From the NCBI RefSeq assembly GCF_006345805.1, contig NC_043002.1:95914001-95978000 (forward strand): a stretch of DNA of 64,000 nucleotides, in the 5' to 3' direction. The DNA comes from Octopus sinensis (Eukaryota). The notes below the pieces were generated by a model. That model was not told where the DNA came from and did no database searches. It saw nothing but the letters and a program-made list of their open reading frames with translations. Each line of letters starts with the position of its first letter. Within the stretch, counting starts at the first letter, position 1. Position numbers and translations under genes: made by a program. Of the stretch, positions 63,798 through 64,000 are shown one piece after another.

Positions 63798-64000
63798 TGT
63801 ATTGTTTTTGTTTTGTATTTTTCTTTCCTTTGTTGGTAAAGAAACATGGCTTAGTGATTAACATGTTCAGCTCACAATCATTAGGTCACAAACTTGATTC
63901 TTTGACAAGACAGTCCATTGTGTCCTTAACTAAGGCTCTTTATTTCACAGTCCACCCAGCTGAGAATGAGTACCTGTGGCAACTTGGGAGTTAATCCCCC

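Overview
AT-rich, microsatellite- and transposon-dense animal genomic DNA. The SINE/LINE repertoire points to a coleoid cephalopod, most likely Octopus (inferred from recognising the repeats, not from a search). Two intron-rich genes lie head-to-head with start codons 437 nt apart. NDUFAF7 (mitochondrial complex I assembly arginine methyltransferase) is on the minus strand: 5 coding exons from 35341 down to 1999, continuing off the left edge. ERO1 (ER oxidoreductin) is on the plus strand: 8 coding exons from 35779 to 62616, continuing off the right edge. All 13 exons join in frame with GT-AG boundaries. The introns are almost entirely mobile-element debris: a near-complete DD36E Tc1-like transposon, a Helitron helicase relic split by a MITE, RTE, CR1 and CRE-like LINE relics, hAT, piggyBac and mariner MITEs, and several modular tRNA-derived SINE families. 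Best leads: (1) long perfect palindromes at TA tracts; (2) several independent degenerate hammerhead-ribozyme-like cores in microsatellite-embedded elements; (3) the DD36E element; (4) the shared ERO1/NDUFAF7 promoter with a strong-Kozak uORF; (5) a head-by-tail shuffling matrix of SINEs; (6) a repeated pseudoknot-compatible motif in the RTE 3' UTR. I found no intact, clearly novel protein-coding system. Most ORFs in the supplied track are microsatellite or repeat noise. Exon, TIR, TSD and hairpin coordinates were indexed by hand; other repeat boundaries are approximate.
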